Shown: positions 1 through 10,128 of the stretch, one piece after another | Layout: each line of letters begins with the position of its first letter | Numbering within the stretch: the stretch's first letter is position 1 | Source of the DNA: Myxococcales bacterium | GTDB taxonomy: Bacteria; Myxococcota; Myxococcia; Myxococcales; Anaeromyxobacteraceae | Direction: 5' to 3' | Length of the DNA: 64,000 nucleotides | NCBI GenBank assembly: GCA_038320275.1 | Contig: JBBQEB010000003.1 | Span: 108 to 64,107, forward strand | Program-made: the position numbers and the translations under genes | The notes under the pieces: generated by a model | Told to the model about the DNA's origin: nothing | What the model saw: only the letters and a program-made list of their open reading frames with translations | The model's database searches: none

Positions 1-1
1 C

Positions 2-1033
2 GACCGCACCAGCGCGCAGGCGGCGGTGCTCAAGAAGCCTACGTTCGCCACCCTCCGCGCCACGCCGATGACGTGGACGCCGGTGGTCGACATCACCGGA
101 ACGCTGCGACCCTGGCGCGAGGCCGACGTGGGCTTCGAGCTCGGCGGGCGGCTGGTGAAGGTCAACGTCGCCGCGGGCGACGCGGTGAAGACCGGCGCCA
201 CCCTCGCGGTGCTCGACGGCTCGCGCGCCGTGGCCGAGGTCGGGCAGGCCGAGGCGCAGTCGCGCGCGGCGGCGGCGAACCTCGCGCTGGCGGAGGACAA
301 CCTGCGCCGCACCGAGTCGCTCGCGAAGTCCGAGGCGATCGCCGAGGCGCAGGTGCTCCAGGCGCGGAGCCAGGTGGCGCTCATGCGCGCGCAGCTCGAC
401 GGCGCCAACGCCACGGCGCGCCTCGCGCGCACCGGCGCGGGGCTCCACGTCCTCAGCGCGCCCTTCGACGGCCTCGTCACGAAGGCCCCCACCGCCGCGG
501 GCGGCGTGGTCCAGCCCGGCGCGCCGCTCCTCCGCGTGGAGGACCTGTCGCGCTTCCGCCTGAGCGCGTCGCTGGGTGAGGAGGACGCCAGCGCCCTCAA
601 GGTCGGCTCGCCGGTGGACGTCCTCTATCGTGACCGGAAGGTCAAGGGTCGGGTCATCACGCTCGTCCCCTCGCTCGATCAGGCCACGCGCCGCGCGCCG
701 ATCGAGATCCAGGTGGAGAACGATCCGAAGCAGCCGCTCCTGGCGTACAGCTTCGTGCACGCCGTCATCGCCGGAAGCGGCCAGGTGCCTGCGCTCCGCC
801 TCCCGCCCGCCGCGCGCCGCCCCGGCTCGCAGGACGAGGTGGTCAAGGTCGAGGCCGGCCACGCGAAGATCCTGCACGTCGCGCACGCGGTCGACACGGA
901 CGGCTCGTGGATCGTCACGCGCGGGCTCGAGGCGACGGACGACATCGTCCTCCTCCCCCCCGCCGACGTGAAGGACGGCGACGCGCTCGAGATCGGCGCT
1001 GCGCCGGCCGCTCCGCCGGCTCCTTTGAAGTGA
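2..1033 (+). CDS. RND efflux periplasmic adaptor (MFP), 5'-partial
   Basis: Frame open to the window edge; lipoyl/hairpin pattern GDAVKTGATLAVLD and LSAPFDGLV; directly upstream of an AcrB-type permease. Confidence 0.9.
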   Translation, partial: DRTSAQAAVLKKPTFATLRATPMTWTPVVDITGTLRPWREADVGFELGGRLVKVNVAAGDAVKTGATLAVLDGSRAVAEVGQAEAQSRAAAANLALAEDNLRRTESLAKSEAIAEAQVLQARSQVALMRAQLDGANATARLARTGAGLHVLSAPFDGLVTKAPTAAGGVVQPGAPLLRVEDLSRFRLSASLGEEDASALKVGSPVDVLYRDRKVKGRVITLVPSLDQATRRAPIEIQVENDPKQPLLAYSFVHAVIAGSGQVPALRLPPAARRPGSQDEVVKVEAGHAKILHVAHAVDTDGSWIVTRGLEATDDIVLLPPADVKDGDALEIGAAPAAPPAPLK

Positions 1034-1040
1034 GGGTCCG

Positions 1041-4000
1041 ATGAACATCTCCGAGATCGCGATCCGAAGGCCGGTGTTCACCGTCATGGTGACCGCCGCG
1101 CTCATGGTGCTCGGCTTCATGGGTCTGTCGCGCCTGGGCACGGACCTCTTCCCCGACGTCACCTTCCCTGTCGTCGCCGTGAACGTGCCCTATCCCGGCG
1201 CGTCGCCGGCCGAGGTGGAGCAGCTCGTCTCGAAGCCGCTGGAGGACGCCATCGTCTCCCTCAACGGCATCGACCGCGTGCGTACCTACTCGCGCGAGGG
1301 GCTGTCGACCACGATGGTCATCTTCAAGCTGGGGATCGATCTCCAGGAGGCGGCCACGCTGGTGCGCGAGCGCGTGGCGCAGACGCGCGCCAGGCTCCCG
1401 CAGCAGGTGAAGGAGCCGGCCATCACGCGCTTCGACGTGAGCAACACGCCGGTCCTCACCTACACGCTCAGCGGCGGCGGGCGCTCCCTGGCCGACACCG
1501 CGAAGTTCGCGCGCGACATCATCAAGCCGGCGCTGGAGCAGGTGGACGGCGTCGCCTCCATCCAGGTCCGCGGCGGCGCCGAGCGCGAGGTCCACGTCGA
1601 TCTCGATCTGGCGAAGATCGACGCGCTGCACCTCTCGCCGCTCGGGATCATGGACGAGCTCCGCGCGCAGAACCTCACCGTGCCGGCCGGCCACTTCGAC
1701 GAGGGCGTCCGCGAGATCAGCGTCCGCACCGTCGGCGAGTTCACCGGCGTCGACCAGATCCGCGCCCTCATCGTGGCCACCACCGCCGACGGCTCCAGCG
1801 TTCGCCTGTCGGACATCGCCCAGGTGGAGGACGGCTACGAGGAGCTGCGCACGCGCATCCGCGCCAACGCCGAGCAGGCCGTCTCTTTCGACGTGGTCAA
1901 GCAGTCCGGCACCAACACCGTGGCCGTGGCCGACAAGGTGAAGCTGAAGCTCGACGAGGTGGAGAAGACGTTCCCCTCCGGCGTGAAGTCGAGCCTCATC
2001 ATCGATCAGTCGCGCTTCATCCAGGAGAACGCGCACGAGGTCGAGGTGTCGATCGTCTTCGGCGGCGCGATGGCCATCCTGATCATCCTGGTGTTCATGC
2101 TCGACCTCCGGTCGACGCTCATCAGCGCGGTGGCCCTCCCCACCAGCGTCATCTCCACCTTCTTCGTGATGTACGTGCTCGGCTTCTCGCTGAACATGAT
2201 GACGCTGCTCGGCCTCTCCCTGGCCATCGGCCTCCTCATCGACGACGCCGTCGTCGTTCGCGAGAACATCTCGAAGCACCTGGAGCGCGGCGTCGAGCCG
2301 CGGAAGGCGGCGCTGGACGGCACCAAGGAGATCGCCCTCAGCGTCCTCGCCACCACGATGACCGTCGTGGCGGTGTTCGTCCCCGTCGCCTTCATGAGCG
2401 GCATCGTCGGGCAGTTCTTCCGCCAGTTCGGGCTCACCATCGCCGCGGCGACGCTCATGTCGCTCTTCGTCGCCTTCACCCTCGACCCGATGCTCTCCAG
2501 CCGCTTCTCCAGGGCGCACGTGGCCGGGAAGAAGGACCCCTGGCTGGTGATCAAGCGCCCCTTCCTCACCGTGCTCGAGTCGATCGACGGCGTGTACCGC
2601 CTCGTCCTGGGGTGGAGCGTCCGTCACAAGGCGGTGGTCGGCCTGCTGGCGGTCGGCTCGCTCGTCGGCATGGCGATGGTCAGCAACCTGATGGGGACCG
2701 AGTTCGTCGCGGCCGAGGATCGCGGGCAGTTCGTGGTCGACGTGGAGCTCCCCGCCGGCACGTCGCTCACCGAGACGGCGCGCCTCACGCTCGACGCGGA
2801 GAAGGAGGTCCTGACCGACAAGCGCTTCGTGACGCTGCTCTCCGTCATCGGCCCCGACGGCGACACCAACAAGGTGAAGTGGCGCGTCGTCACCGTCCCC
2901 AAGGATCAGCGCAGCGTTCCGCTCACCGATCTGGAGGCCGTCGTCCGCGACGTGACGAAGAAGATCCCGGGCTCGAAGGTGTCGGTCACGCCGCCGCCGT
3001 TCGTGGAGGGGGCCAACACCGAGGCCGCCATCATGGTGCAGGTGCGCGCCGCGTCGTACGAGGAGCTCGAGCCGCTGGCCAAGCAGTTCGAGGACAAGCT
3101 CAAGGCCATCCCCGGCATCACCGACGTGCAGATGAAGTACAGCGCCGGGCGCCCCGAGCTCCGCGTCGCGGTCGATCGCGATCGCGCGGCGCGCGCGCAG
3201 GTCCCGGTGTCGCAGCTGGCCATGACGCTCCGCGCCGCCATCGAGGGCGACGAGGCGGGGAAGCTCCGCCAGGGCAAGGACGAGGTCCCCATCCGGGTGC
3301 GCCTGGGGGCCGCCGATCGCGGCGACGTCGAGAGCGTGATGCGCATGACGATCTGGACGCCCAAGGGGCCCATGGCCCTCTCTGACCTCGCGCAGATCAC
3401 GCGCGGCGAGGGACCGACGGTCATCGAGCGCGAGGACCGCGAGCGCCAGATCGTCATCTGGGCGACGCCGCTCGGCCGCTCGCTGGGTGATCTCGTGCCG
3501 GAGATGAACGCCGCCTTCGCCAGCATCAAGCTGCCGCCCGGCGCGAGCTTCCACCAGGACGGGCAGGTCCGTCAGATGAGCGAGTCGAACAGCTCCATCG
3601 GCGTGGCGCTCGGCCTGGCGGTCATCTTCATCTACCTGGTGCTGGCCTCGCAGTTCGAGAGCTTCATCCACCCGCTCACCATCATGCTCACGCTGCCGCT
3701 GGCGTTCGTCGGCGCCATCGTGGGGCTCTTCCTGGCCGGGCAGACCATGGCCATGGGGGCCATGATCGGGATCATCCTCCTCATGGGCCTCGTCACCAAG
3801 AACGCCATCCTGCTCCTCGACCGCGCCATCGTGCGCGTGCGCGACCACGGCGAGACCCCGCTGCAGGCCATCCTCGAGGCCGGGCCGGAGCGCCTTCGCC
3901 CCATCCTCATGACCTCCGCGGCGATGATCCTCGGCATGCTCCCCACCGCCATCTCGAACGGGGAGGGGAGCGAGTTCCGCGCGCCGATGGCGGTGGCGGT

Positions 4001-4163
4001 CATCGGCGGCGTCATCAGCTCCACGCTGCTGTCGCTCGTCGTGGTGCCGGCGTTCTACCTCGCCATCGAGGGGGGCAAGGCGCGCCTGCGGCGGCTCTGG
4101 AAGCGCCCCGCACCGGCGCCCACTCCCGCGCCGCCTTATGCCGGGACGCAGCCGGCCGAGTAA
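1041..4163 (+). CDS. RND efflux permease, AcrB/AcrD/AcrF (HAE1) family
   Basis: 1040 aa; MNISEIAIRRPV start, GLLIDDAVVVREN, GLVTKNAILL, RLRPILMT. Confidence 0.95.
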   Translation: MNISEIAIRRPVFTVMVTAALMVLGFMGLSRLGTDLFPDVTFPVVAVNVPYPGASPAEVEQLVSKPLEDAIVSLNGIDRVRTYSREGLSTTMVIFKLGIDLQEAATLVRERVAQTRARLPQQVKEPAITRFDVSNTPVLTYTLSGGGRSLADTAKFARDIIKPALEQVDGVASIQVRGGAEREVHVDLDLAKIDALHLSPLGIMDELRAQNLTVPAGHFDEGVREISVRTVGEFTGVDQIRALIVATTADGSSVRLSDIAQVEDGYEELRTRIRANAEQAVSFDVVKQSGTNTVAVADKVKLKLDEVEKTFPSGVKSSLIIDQSRFIQENAHEVEVSIVFGGAMAILIILVFMLDLRSTLISAVALPTSVISTFFVMYVLGFSLNMMTLLGLSLAIGLLIDDAVVVRENISKHLERGVEPRKAALDGTKEIALSVLATTMTVVAVFVPVAFMSGIVGQFFRQFGLTIAAATLMSLFVAFTLDPMLSSRFSRAHVAGKKDPWLVIKRPFLTVLESIDGVYRLVLGWSVRHKAVVGLLAVGSLVGMAMVSNLMGTEFVAAEDRGQFVVDVELPAGTSLTETARLTLDAEKEVLTDKRFVTLLSVIGPDGDTNKVKWRVVTVPKDQRSVPLTDLEAVVRDVTKKIPGSKVSVTPPPFVEGANTEAAIMVQVRAASYEELEPLAKQFEDKLKAIPGITDVQMKYSAGRPELRVAVDRDRAARAQVPVSQLAMTLRAAIEGDEAGKLRQGKDEVPIRVRLGAADRGDVESVMRMTIWTPKGPMALSDLAQITRGEGPTVIEREDRERQIVIWATPLGRSLGDLVPEMNAAFASIKLPPGASFHQDGQVRQMSESNSSIGVALGLAVIFIYLVLASQFESFIHPLTIMLTLPLAFVGAIVGLFLAGQTMAMGAMIGIILLMGLVTKNAILLLDRAIVRVRDHGETPLQAILEAGPERLRPILMTSAAMILGMLPTAISNGEGSEFRAPMAVAVIGGVISSTLLSLVVVPAFYLAIEGGKARLRRLWKRPAPAPTPAPPYAGTQPAE

Positions 4164-4227
4164 CACCGTGCCCCGGTGACGCGCTGGCGCGCATCGCGCA
4201 AAGCGTGGCAACATCCAGCGCAACTCG

Positions 4228-5736
4228 ATGCGCAACGCCCTCATCGCTCTTGGTTCGACCGTCGCCGCGGCCACGGTCGTCGCCCTCGTCGCCTCCCTGG
4301 TCCCCGCCTGCAGCTCCTCGGACGACGTCGGCACTCCCGCCGAGACGCCCGACGCCGGCGCGTGCACCAGCCTCGATTTCGACGGCGCGCCGCTCGGGAT
4401 CCATTGCAACGCGCTGGTCGACGACGTGGGGCGCACCGTGCTCCTTCACGGCATCAACGCGCGCGTGGGCGGCGTGTTCGACGTCACGTTCAGCGACGGG
4501 CGGGCGCCGCTCGAGCCCGTCCCCGACTTCACCAAGGAGGACGCGGCGCGCATCCGCGCCCTCGGGTTCAACGCGCTCCGCCTCCCCATCAACTGGAGCG
4601 CCATCGAGCCCACCGAGACGGGCGGCTTCGACGAGGCGTACATGAAGCGCGTCGACGCGGCGATCGCGCTCGCCGCGGACGAGGGGCTCTTCGTCCTGGT
4701 CGACCTGCATCAGGACGCCTACTCCAAGGAGATCGGCGAGGACGGCGCGCCGCTGTGGGCCATCTCGCCGCCCCCCACCACGCTCCTCGGCGGCCCGCTG
4801 GGCGACCTCGACGCGCGCCGCCTCTCGCAGCAGGTGAGCGACGCGTTCACCACGTTCTTCGGCCCCTCGGCGGACGGCGTGCGCCTCCGCGGGCGCTTCG
4901 CGGCGATGCTGTCGTTCGTGGCCAAGCGCTACGCCGCGAGCGTCGCCGTCATCGGCTTCGAGATCTACAACGAGCCGCTGGCCGGCGACTCCGATCTGCT
5001 CGCCTTCGACCACCAGATGATCGACGCCATCCACGTCGCGGCGCCGCGGAAGCTCGTCTTCTTCGAGCCGTCGGCCACGCGCAACCTGCTCGATCAGGCC
5101 ACCATCGGCGCCGCCTCGCTCGGCATCGGAACCGTCTACGCCCCGCACGTGTACACGCTGGCCTTCCGCGGGACCGACGAGCAGAAGAACGGCCTCACCA
5201 AGGAGACGCTGCGCCCCTCCAACGCGCGCGCCCGCGAGGAGGCCGACGGCTTCGCCGCGCCGATGGTGGTGACCGAGTTCGGCTTCAGCCCCGCCGCGCC
5301 GAACTTCGCGAGCTACGTCGAGTGGCAATCCGAGCTCCAGGACGAGCAGCTCGCGAGCGGCTTCCTCTGGCTGTGGAAGGAAGACTCACAGGGGGGCTGG
5401 GGGTTCTTCGACTTCGCCGCGGACGGCACCACGTCCGAGCGCGCCGCGGTCGTCCAGGCCGTCACGCGCGTGCGCCTCGAGAAGGCGCCGGGACGCCTGG
5501 TCAGCGTCGGCTACGATCCGTCCGCGCGGCGCTTCGAGGCGCGTTACGTGTCCGACGCCGCGGGGACCGGGAACCCGTCGGCGCGCGTCTTCGTGGGCGA
5601 CGCGCTCGGCGCCGGCGTCGCTGCGCACGCTACCTGCGACGGCCACGACGCCCTCGGCATCCCCGGGCCGGCGCCCGGCACGCTCGACGTCGTGTGCGGC
5701 GGCGCGGGATCGCACACGCTGGTCGTCAGCCGGTAG
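4228..5736 (+). CDS. GH5 endoglycoceramidase-like glycoside hydrolase, probable lipoprotein
   Basis: Lipobox-like LVPAC; GFNALRLPINWSAIEP, VDLHQD, acid/base NEP, YAPHVY, nucleophile VTEFG. Confidence 0.8.
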   Translation: MRNALIALGSTVAAATVVALVASLVPACSSSDDVGTPAETPDAGACTSLDFDGAPLGIHCNALVDDVGRTVLLHGINARVGGVFDVTFSDGRAPLEPVPDFTKEDAARIRALGFNALRLPINWSAIEPTETGGFDEAYMKRVDAAIALAADEGLFVLVDLHQDAYSKEIGEDGAPLWAISPPPTTLLGGPLGDLDARRLSQQVSDAFTTFFGPSADGVRLRGRFAAMLSFVAKRYAASVAVIGFEIYNEPLAGDSDLLAFDHQMIDAIHVAAPRKLVFFEPSATRNLLDQATIGAASLGIGTVYAPHVYTLAFRGTDEQKNGLTKETLRPSNARAREEADGFAAPMVVTEFGFSPAAPNFASYVEWQSELQDEQLASGFLWLWKEDSQGGWGFFDFAADGTTSERAAVVQAVTRVRLEKAPGRLVSVGYDPSARRFEARYVSDAAGTGNPSARVFVGDALGAGVAAHATCDGHDALGIPGPAPGTLDVVCGGAGSHTLVVSR

Positions 5737-6484
5737 AGCCCGCGCCTCGCTCGTAGCGCACCGCACGTCGTGCCGCGCCGGTGCACGGCCACGCGTACGC
5801 GACCTCGTCCGCGCGCGTGAGGCCCGTCACCTCGGGCGCATCCTCGCGCGCGAGGAGCGCCCACACGCTGCCGCCCGGTCGCACCATTCGCGCCCCGAGC
5901 GCGAGCCAGGCCGGCGGCGGGAGCGTGGCCCGCGAGATGGCGTGATCCCATGCCCCGGGGCTCGCGGCGGCAGCCTCCTCGCCGCGAAGGCGCTCGAGGC
6001 GCACGTCTCCCCTCCGCAGCGTACCGATCACGGTGCGCAGGAACGCGACGCGCTTGGTCAGAGGCTCGATGAGCGTCACCGCGAGATCTGGCCGCACCAG
6101 CGCGAGCGGCAGGCCGGGCGCCCCCGCGCCGCTCCCCACGTCGACGACGCGCGCGCCGTGCGGGATGCGCGCCGCCAGGACCATCGCGTCGGCGAGCATC
6201 AGGTCGACGAGCTCCTCGGGCGTGCGCGCCGCGGTGAGGTCCATGCGCGCGTTCCACTCCACGAGGAGCGTGATCCACGTCGCGACGTGCGCGCGCGCGC
6301 CGGGATCGATGGGGACCTCGACGACCCCGCCGCCTGAGGTCGACGGTGTGCGCGCAGCGCCCTCCGCGTCGTCCGGCGAGGCGTTGCGGGCGGCGCTGGC
6401 GGCGCCTGCGGTGAAGGTCGCGAGCGCGCGGTCGATGTGCGCGTTCAGTGCGTCCGGCGAAAGGGGAGAAAGCGATCGGGCCAT
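5726..6484 (-). CDS. rsmG: 16S rRNA m7G527 methyltransferase RsmG (GidB)
   Basis: LLVEWNARMDLTA and VVDVGSGAGAPGLPLAL motifs; start placed at MARSLSP (uncertain). Confidence 0.85.
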   Translation of the reverse strand: MARSLSPLSPDALNAHIDRALATFTAGAASAARNASPDDAEGAARTPSTSGGGVVEVPIDPGARAHVATWITLLVEWNARMDLTAARTPEELVDLMLADAMVLAARIPHGARVVDVGSGAGAPGLPLALVRPDLAVTLIEPLTKRVAFLRTVIGTLRRGDVRLERLRGEEAAAASPGAWDHAISRATLPPPAWLALGARMVRPGGSVWALLAREDAPEVTGLTRADEVAYAWPCTGAARRAVRYERGAGSTG

Positions 6485-6527
6485 GTTGTCGCGCCGATGG
6501 ATACCGCGGATACTCTCGAATCTTTCG

Positions 6528-7625
6528 ATGATTTCACCCGTCAGCCTCGCCCCGCCTCCCGCGAATGTCGATCTTTCTCCGCTCGCCGCGATGGTCGCGC
6601 AGCTCGGGTCGGACGGTCGAGCGGGGGACGCGCGAGACGGCGCGAGAGGCTCGAGCGCGCCGCTGCAGTGCGTCGCCATGACCGGCGGGGCGTCGACGCG
6701 CCGCTACTTCCGCGTCGCCCTCCCGGGCGGGGGCACAGCGGTGGCGATGTTCGTCCCCGAAGGGGGGCGCCCCGAGGAGGTGCAGAAGCTCACGAGCGGC
6801 CTCCGCTGGCCGTTCCTGGAGGTGCGCGAGCTCCTCGCGGAGCGCGGCGTCGACGTCCCCGCCATCCTGGCCGAGGACTGCGCGCGAGGGTGGGTCATCC
6901 TGGAGGACCTCGGCGACGACACCCTCGCCAACTACCTCCTGAAGAACCCTGGCGACAAGCGTGTACTCTACACGCGCGCGGTGGAGGACCTGGCGCGCGC
7001 GCAGGTGTCCTTGGCGTCGCTCCCGCCCGAGAGCGTCATCGCCAGCCGCGCCTTCGACGAGGAGCTCCTGCGCTGGGAGATCGATCATTTCCGCGAGTGG
7101 GCCCTCGACGCCCGCGGCCACGCGCTCTCCGCCGCCGACCGCACGGCCTTCGACGGTATCGCAGATCGACTCGCGCGCCGCATCTCCGGCTGGAAGCGTG
7201 GCTTCACGCACCGGGACTACCAGTCGCGGAACCTGATGGTGCGCCCCAGCGGCAAGATCGCGTGGATCGACTTCCAGGACGCGCTACTGGGGCCGCGCGT
7301 CTACGACCTCGTGGCCCTGCTCAACGACAGCTACCAGGAGTTCGACACCGCCTTCGTGCGCGCACGCCTGGACGAGTTCGCCGCCGGCGCCGGGTACGAC
7401 GCGGAGGAGCGCTCGTCGCTCGCGCGCGAGTTCGACTACGTCACCGTCCAGCGGAAGCTCAAGGACGCAGGGCGCTTCGTCTTCATCGACCGCGTGAAGA
7501 AGAATCCAGGCTTCCTCCGGTCCATCCCCGCCTCGCTCCGCTACGTGCGCGAGGCCCTGGCCCGGCGCCCCGACCTCGCGGAGCTCCGGGGGGTGCTGGC
7601 GAGGCACGTGCCGGAGCTGGGGTGA
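6528..7625 (+). CDS. amgK: Aminoglycoside-phosphotransferase family kinase, AmgK-like anomeric MurNAc/GlcNAc kinase
   Basis: GGASTRRYFR, LEDLGD, HRDYQSRNL, IDFQDALLGP, QRKLKDAGRF; start 6528 or 6591. Confidence 0.75.
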   Translation: MISPVSLAPPPANVDLSPLAAMVAQLGSDGRAGDARDGARGSSAPLQCVAMTGGASTRRYFRVALPGGGTAVAMFVPEGGRPEEVQKLTSGLRWPFLEVRELLAERGVDVPAILAEDCARGWVILEDLGDDTLANYLLKNPGDKRVLYTRAVEDLARAQVSLASLPPESVIASRAFDEELLRWEIDHFREWALDARGHALSAADRTAFDGIADRLARRISGWKRGFTHRDYQSRNLMVRPSGKIAWIDFQDALLGPRVYDLVALLNDSYQEFDTAFVRARLDEFAAGAGYDAEERSSLAREFDYVTVQRKLKDAGRFVFIDRVKKNPGFLRSIPASLRYVREALARRPDLAELRGVLARHVPELG

Positions 7626-7641
7626 GCAGGAGAGGGCGTCC

Positions 7642-7672
7642 GGGGCGGGGGTCGGGGTCGGGATTGGGATTG
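7642..7672. repeat. Short G-rich hexamer repeat (GGGGTC/GGGATT)
   Basis: ggggcgggggtcggggtcgggattgggattg seen directly. Confidence 0.6.
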
Positions 7673-7683
7673 CCCCCTGACGC

Positions 7684-7704
7684 CACTGTCCGTACAGTGT
7701 ACGG
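7684..7704. promoter_or_regulatory. Overlapping palindromes, candidate TA autorepression operator
   Basis: CACTGT-ccgt-ACAGTG overlaps CCGTAC-agt-GTACGG, ending just before the antitoxin ATG. Confidence 0.55.
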
Positions 7705-7705
7705 C

Positions 7706-7987
7706 ATGACCGCCCGAGCCCGAGCCGACGAGCGCGTGGATCTGAGGGCGCCCGCCGCGCGCAAGGCGAAGTGGCAACGGGCGGCGGAGCGGGAAGGAAC
7801 TTCGCTGTCGGAATGGGCGAGGCGCCGCCTCGACGAGGTCGCCGACGAAGAGCTCGGGACCGATGAGCCTGCGCCTCCGTCAGCCGGAGCCATTCGCGAG
7901 GCACTCGCAGTGGCTGGCGCGCTGAGACGCAGGGGCCTTCGCGCGCGGGTTCACGCAGCGCGGGAGACCACGTGGACCGCGGAGTGA
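7706..7987 (+). CDS. Ribbon-helix-helix antitoxin (VapB/DUF1778-like)
   Basis: ERVDLRAPAARKAKWQRAAEREGTSLSEWARRRLD; GTGA overlap with the PIN toxin. Confidence 0.75.
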   Translation: MTARARADERVDLRAPAARKAKWQRAAEREGTSLSEWARRRLDEVADEELGTDEPAPPSAGAIREALAVAGALRRRGLRARVHAARETTWTAE

Positions 7988-8358
7988 CGATCGCGGACAC
8001 GGACGTCCTGATCGATTTCCTCGAGAGCGAGGGCGCACACAGGCAGGTTGCAAGCCTCCTCAGGGCAGGCTGCCTGGCCACGACCGCCGTGACGGTCTTC
8101 GAGATCTGGCGAGGCCTGGAGTCCGAGGAGGAGCGCGACCTCGCCCGGCGTGCTTTCCGCGGGGTCCGCGTCTACGCGGTCACCGACGCCGCCGCGAGAA
8201 TGGCCGCGAAGGTTCATCAGAGCCTCCGGGCGAATCAGATTGGCGAGCGCGACACCTTGATCGCGGGGGTCTGCCTCACCATCGGGCGGCCGCTCCTGAC
8301 CGCGAACGTCCGGCACTTCAGGAGGGTTCCGGAGCTGGAGGTCGTCCAAGCGCGGTGA
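7984..8358 (+). CDS. vapC: PIN-domain toxin, VapC family
   Basis: IADTDVLIDFL, VFEI, ERDTLIAG, LLTANVRHF. Confidence 0.9.
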   Translation: MTIADTDVLIDFLESEGAHRQVASLLRAGCLATTAVTVFEIWRGLESEEERDLARRAFRGVRVYAVTDAAARMAAKVHQSLRANQIGERDTLIAGVCLTIGRPLLTANVRHFRRVPELEVVQAR

Positions 8359-8499
8359 GGGCTGCGCTGCTTCGGTACGGCGGTGCCGTCCCCGATCCTT
8401 GGGGCGCCGCTCCGAGCGTCTTCGGGGCGAGCACGCGTCGCCGCGCATTGCCGCGAAGACAGCCGACTCCGGCAAGGTGCCGCGGTGCTTCTTCCCCGC

Positions 8500-10122
8500 C
8501 TACCGCCTTCCCGCCTCGTCGCCCCCCACCCCCAGATACGTCCGCAATTGTTCCGCGTCGAAGCGTTCCTGGGCTTCTGGGTCCGGGGCCGCCAGCGACA
8601 CCAGGATGGCGGCCGCGAACGCCGCGGGCATCGACACGATGCACGGGTTCGCGAGGCCGACCAGCGGCTGGGCGTGCCCCAGGATGCGGACCCAGACCGC
8701 CTCGCCTCCGACGATCATGCCGACCGAGAGCGCGGTACCGGTCGCGATGGACGCCACCGCCCCGGCGGTGGAGAAGCGGCGCCAGACGATGGAGAGGAGC
8801 AGGGCGGGAAAGTTGGCGCTGGCGGCGATGGCGAAGGCGAGGCCGACCAGGAAGGCCACGTTCTGACCGCGGAAGAGCACGCTGAGCCCCACCGCCAGGG
8901 CCGAGAACGCAGTCGCCGCGAGCTGTCCGACGCGCTGCTGGCTCTCCTGAGGGGCGCGCCCCGCGCGCAGCACGCCCAGGTACACGTCGTGCGAGACCGC
9001 GGACGCGGCCGCCTGGGTGAGCCCGGCCACCACCGCGAGGATGGTGGCGAACGCGACGGCTGCGATGAAGCCCAGCAGTGGCGCTCCGCCCAGGTGCAGC
9101 GCCAGGAGCGGGGCCGCCATGTTGCCGCCCGGATCGACCGCCAGGATGGCCGCGCGGCCACCGGGTACGAACACCGCTGCGCCGAACCCGACCGCCGGGA
9201 TGACGAGGTAGAAGCTGCCGATGAGCCCGGTGGCCCAGAGCGCGCTCGTCCTCGCAGCCTTGGCGTCGGTGAGGGTGTAGAAGCGCAGGAGGATGTGGGG
9301 AAGTCCCAGGAGCCCCATGCCCAGCGCGAGCCCGAGGGAGATCGCATCGAGGGGGTTCCGCGCCAGCGCGCCGGGGGCGAGCGCAGCCGTGCCGTACCGG
9401 GCCGCGACCCGCGTGTAGAGCTCGAGCGGCGGGCCCACCTGGAGGAGCACCAGAAGCCCGAGCAGCGCGACACCTGCGAGGAGCAGCACCGCCTTCGTGA
9501 TCTGGACCCAGGTGGTGGCGAGCGCGCCTCCCACCAGCACGTAGAGCAGCATCGCGCCGCCCACCAGGAGCTCCGCCCAGGCGTAGGGCGTTCCGGTCAT
9601 GAGGTGGACGAGGTCGCCCGCCGCCACGAGCTGGCCCACCGCGTAGAAGAGCAGGGTGGCGACGCCACCCACCGCCGAGGCGATGCGGACGGGCGCGCGC
9701 CGCAGCCGGTAGGCGACGACGTCGGCGACGGTGAACTTGCCCAGGTTCCGGAGCGGCTCGGCGAGGAGCAGCATGAGCGCCGGCCAGCCGGCGAGGAATC
9801 CGGTCGCGTAGAGGATGCCGTCGTAGCCCTCCGACGCGACGAGGCCGGCGATGCCGAGGAAGCTCGCCGCGCTCATGTAGTCGCCAGCGAGCGCGAGCCC
9901 GACCCGGCCTGGGCCGACGCTCCGCCCCGGCGTGTAGAAGGCGAGCGTGGTGGAGGCCTTCTTGCCCGTCCACCAGGTGACGCCCAGCGCGAGCGCGATG
10001 ACGCCGAAGAAGACCGAAAGTGCGACGCCGTCGCGAGCGGGCACCGCAGCGCCTTCGGCCGCGCTCGCCGCGGCGGGGACGAGGGCGGACAGGAGGGGGA
10101 GCGCGAGCGTGCCGGCGAGCAT
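8500..10122 (-). CDS. actP: Cation/acetate symporter ActP (SSS family)
   Basis: GLALAGDYMSAASFLGIAG, AEPLRNLGKFTVADV, GLPHILLRFY, FAIAASANFP. Confidence 0.9.
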   Translation of the reverse strand: MLAGTLALPLLSALVPAAASAAEGAAVPARDGVALSVFFGVIALALGVTWWTGKKASTTLAFYTPGRSVGPGRVGLALAGDYMSAASFLGIAGLVASEGYDGILYATGFLAGWPALMLLLAEPLRNLGKFTVADVVAYRLRRAPVRIASAVGGVATLLFYAVGQLVAAGDLVHLMTGTPYAWAELLVGGAMLLYVLVGGALATTWVQITKAVLLLAGVALLGLLVLLQVGPPLELYTRVAARYGTAALAPGALARNPLDAISLGLALGMGLLGLPHILLRFYTLTDAKAARTSALWATGLIGSFYLVIPAVGFGAAVFVPGGRAAILAVDPGGNMAAPLLALHLGGAPLLGFIAAVAFATILAVVAGLTQAAASAVSHDVYLGVLRAGRAPQESQQRVGQLAATAFSALAVGLSVLFRGQNVAFLVGLAFAIAASANFPALLLSIVWRRFSTAGAVASIATGTALSVGMIVGGEAVWVRILGHAQPLVGLANPCIVSMPAAFAAAILVSLAAPDPEAQERFDAEQLRTYLGVGGDEAGRR

Positions 10123-10128
10123 GCGTCC

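Noticed and set aside
915-4436. 1173-aa minus-strand ORF, and similar long ORFs at 8318-10489, 19305-21668, 30099-32417 and 47481-49514
   Set aside because: Antisense or off-frame shadows of well-supported genes; Arg/Gly/Ala/His-rich with no motifs, as expected at this GC content
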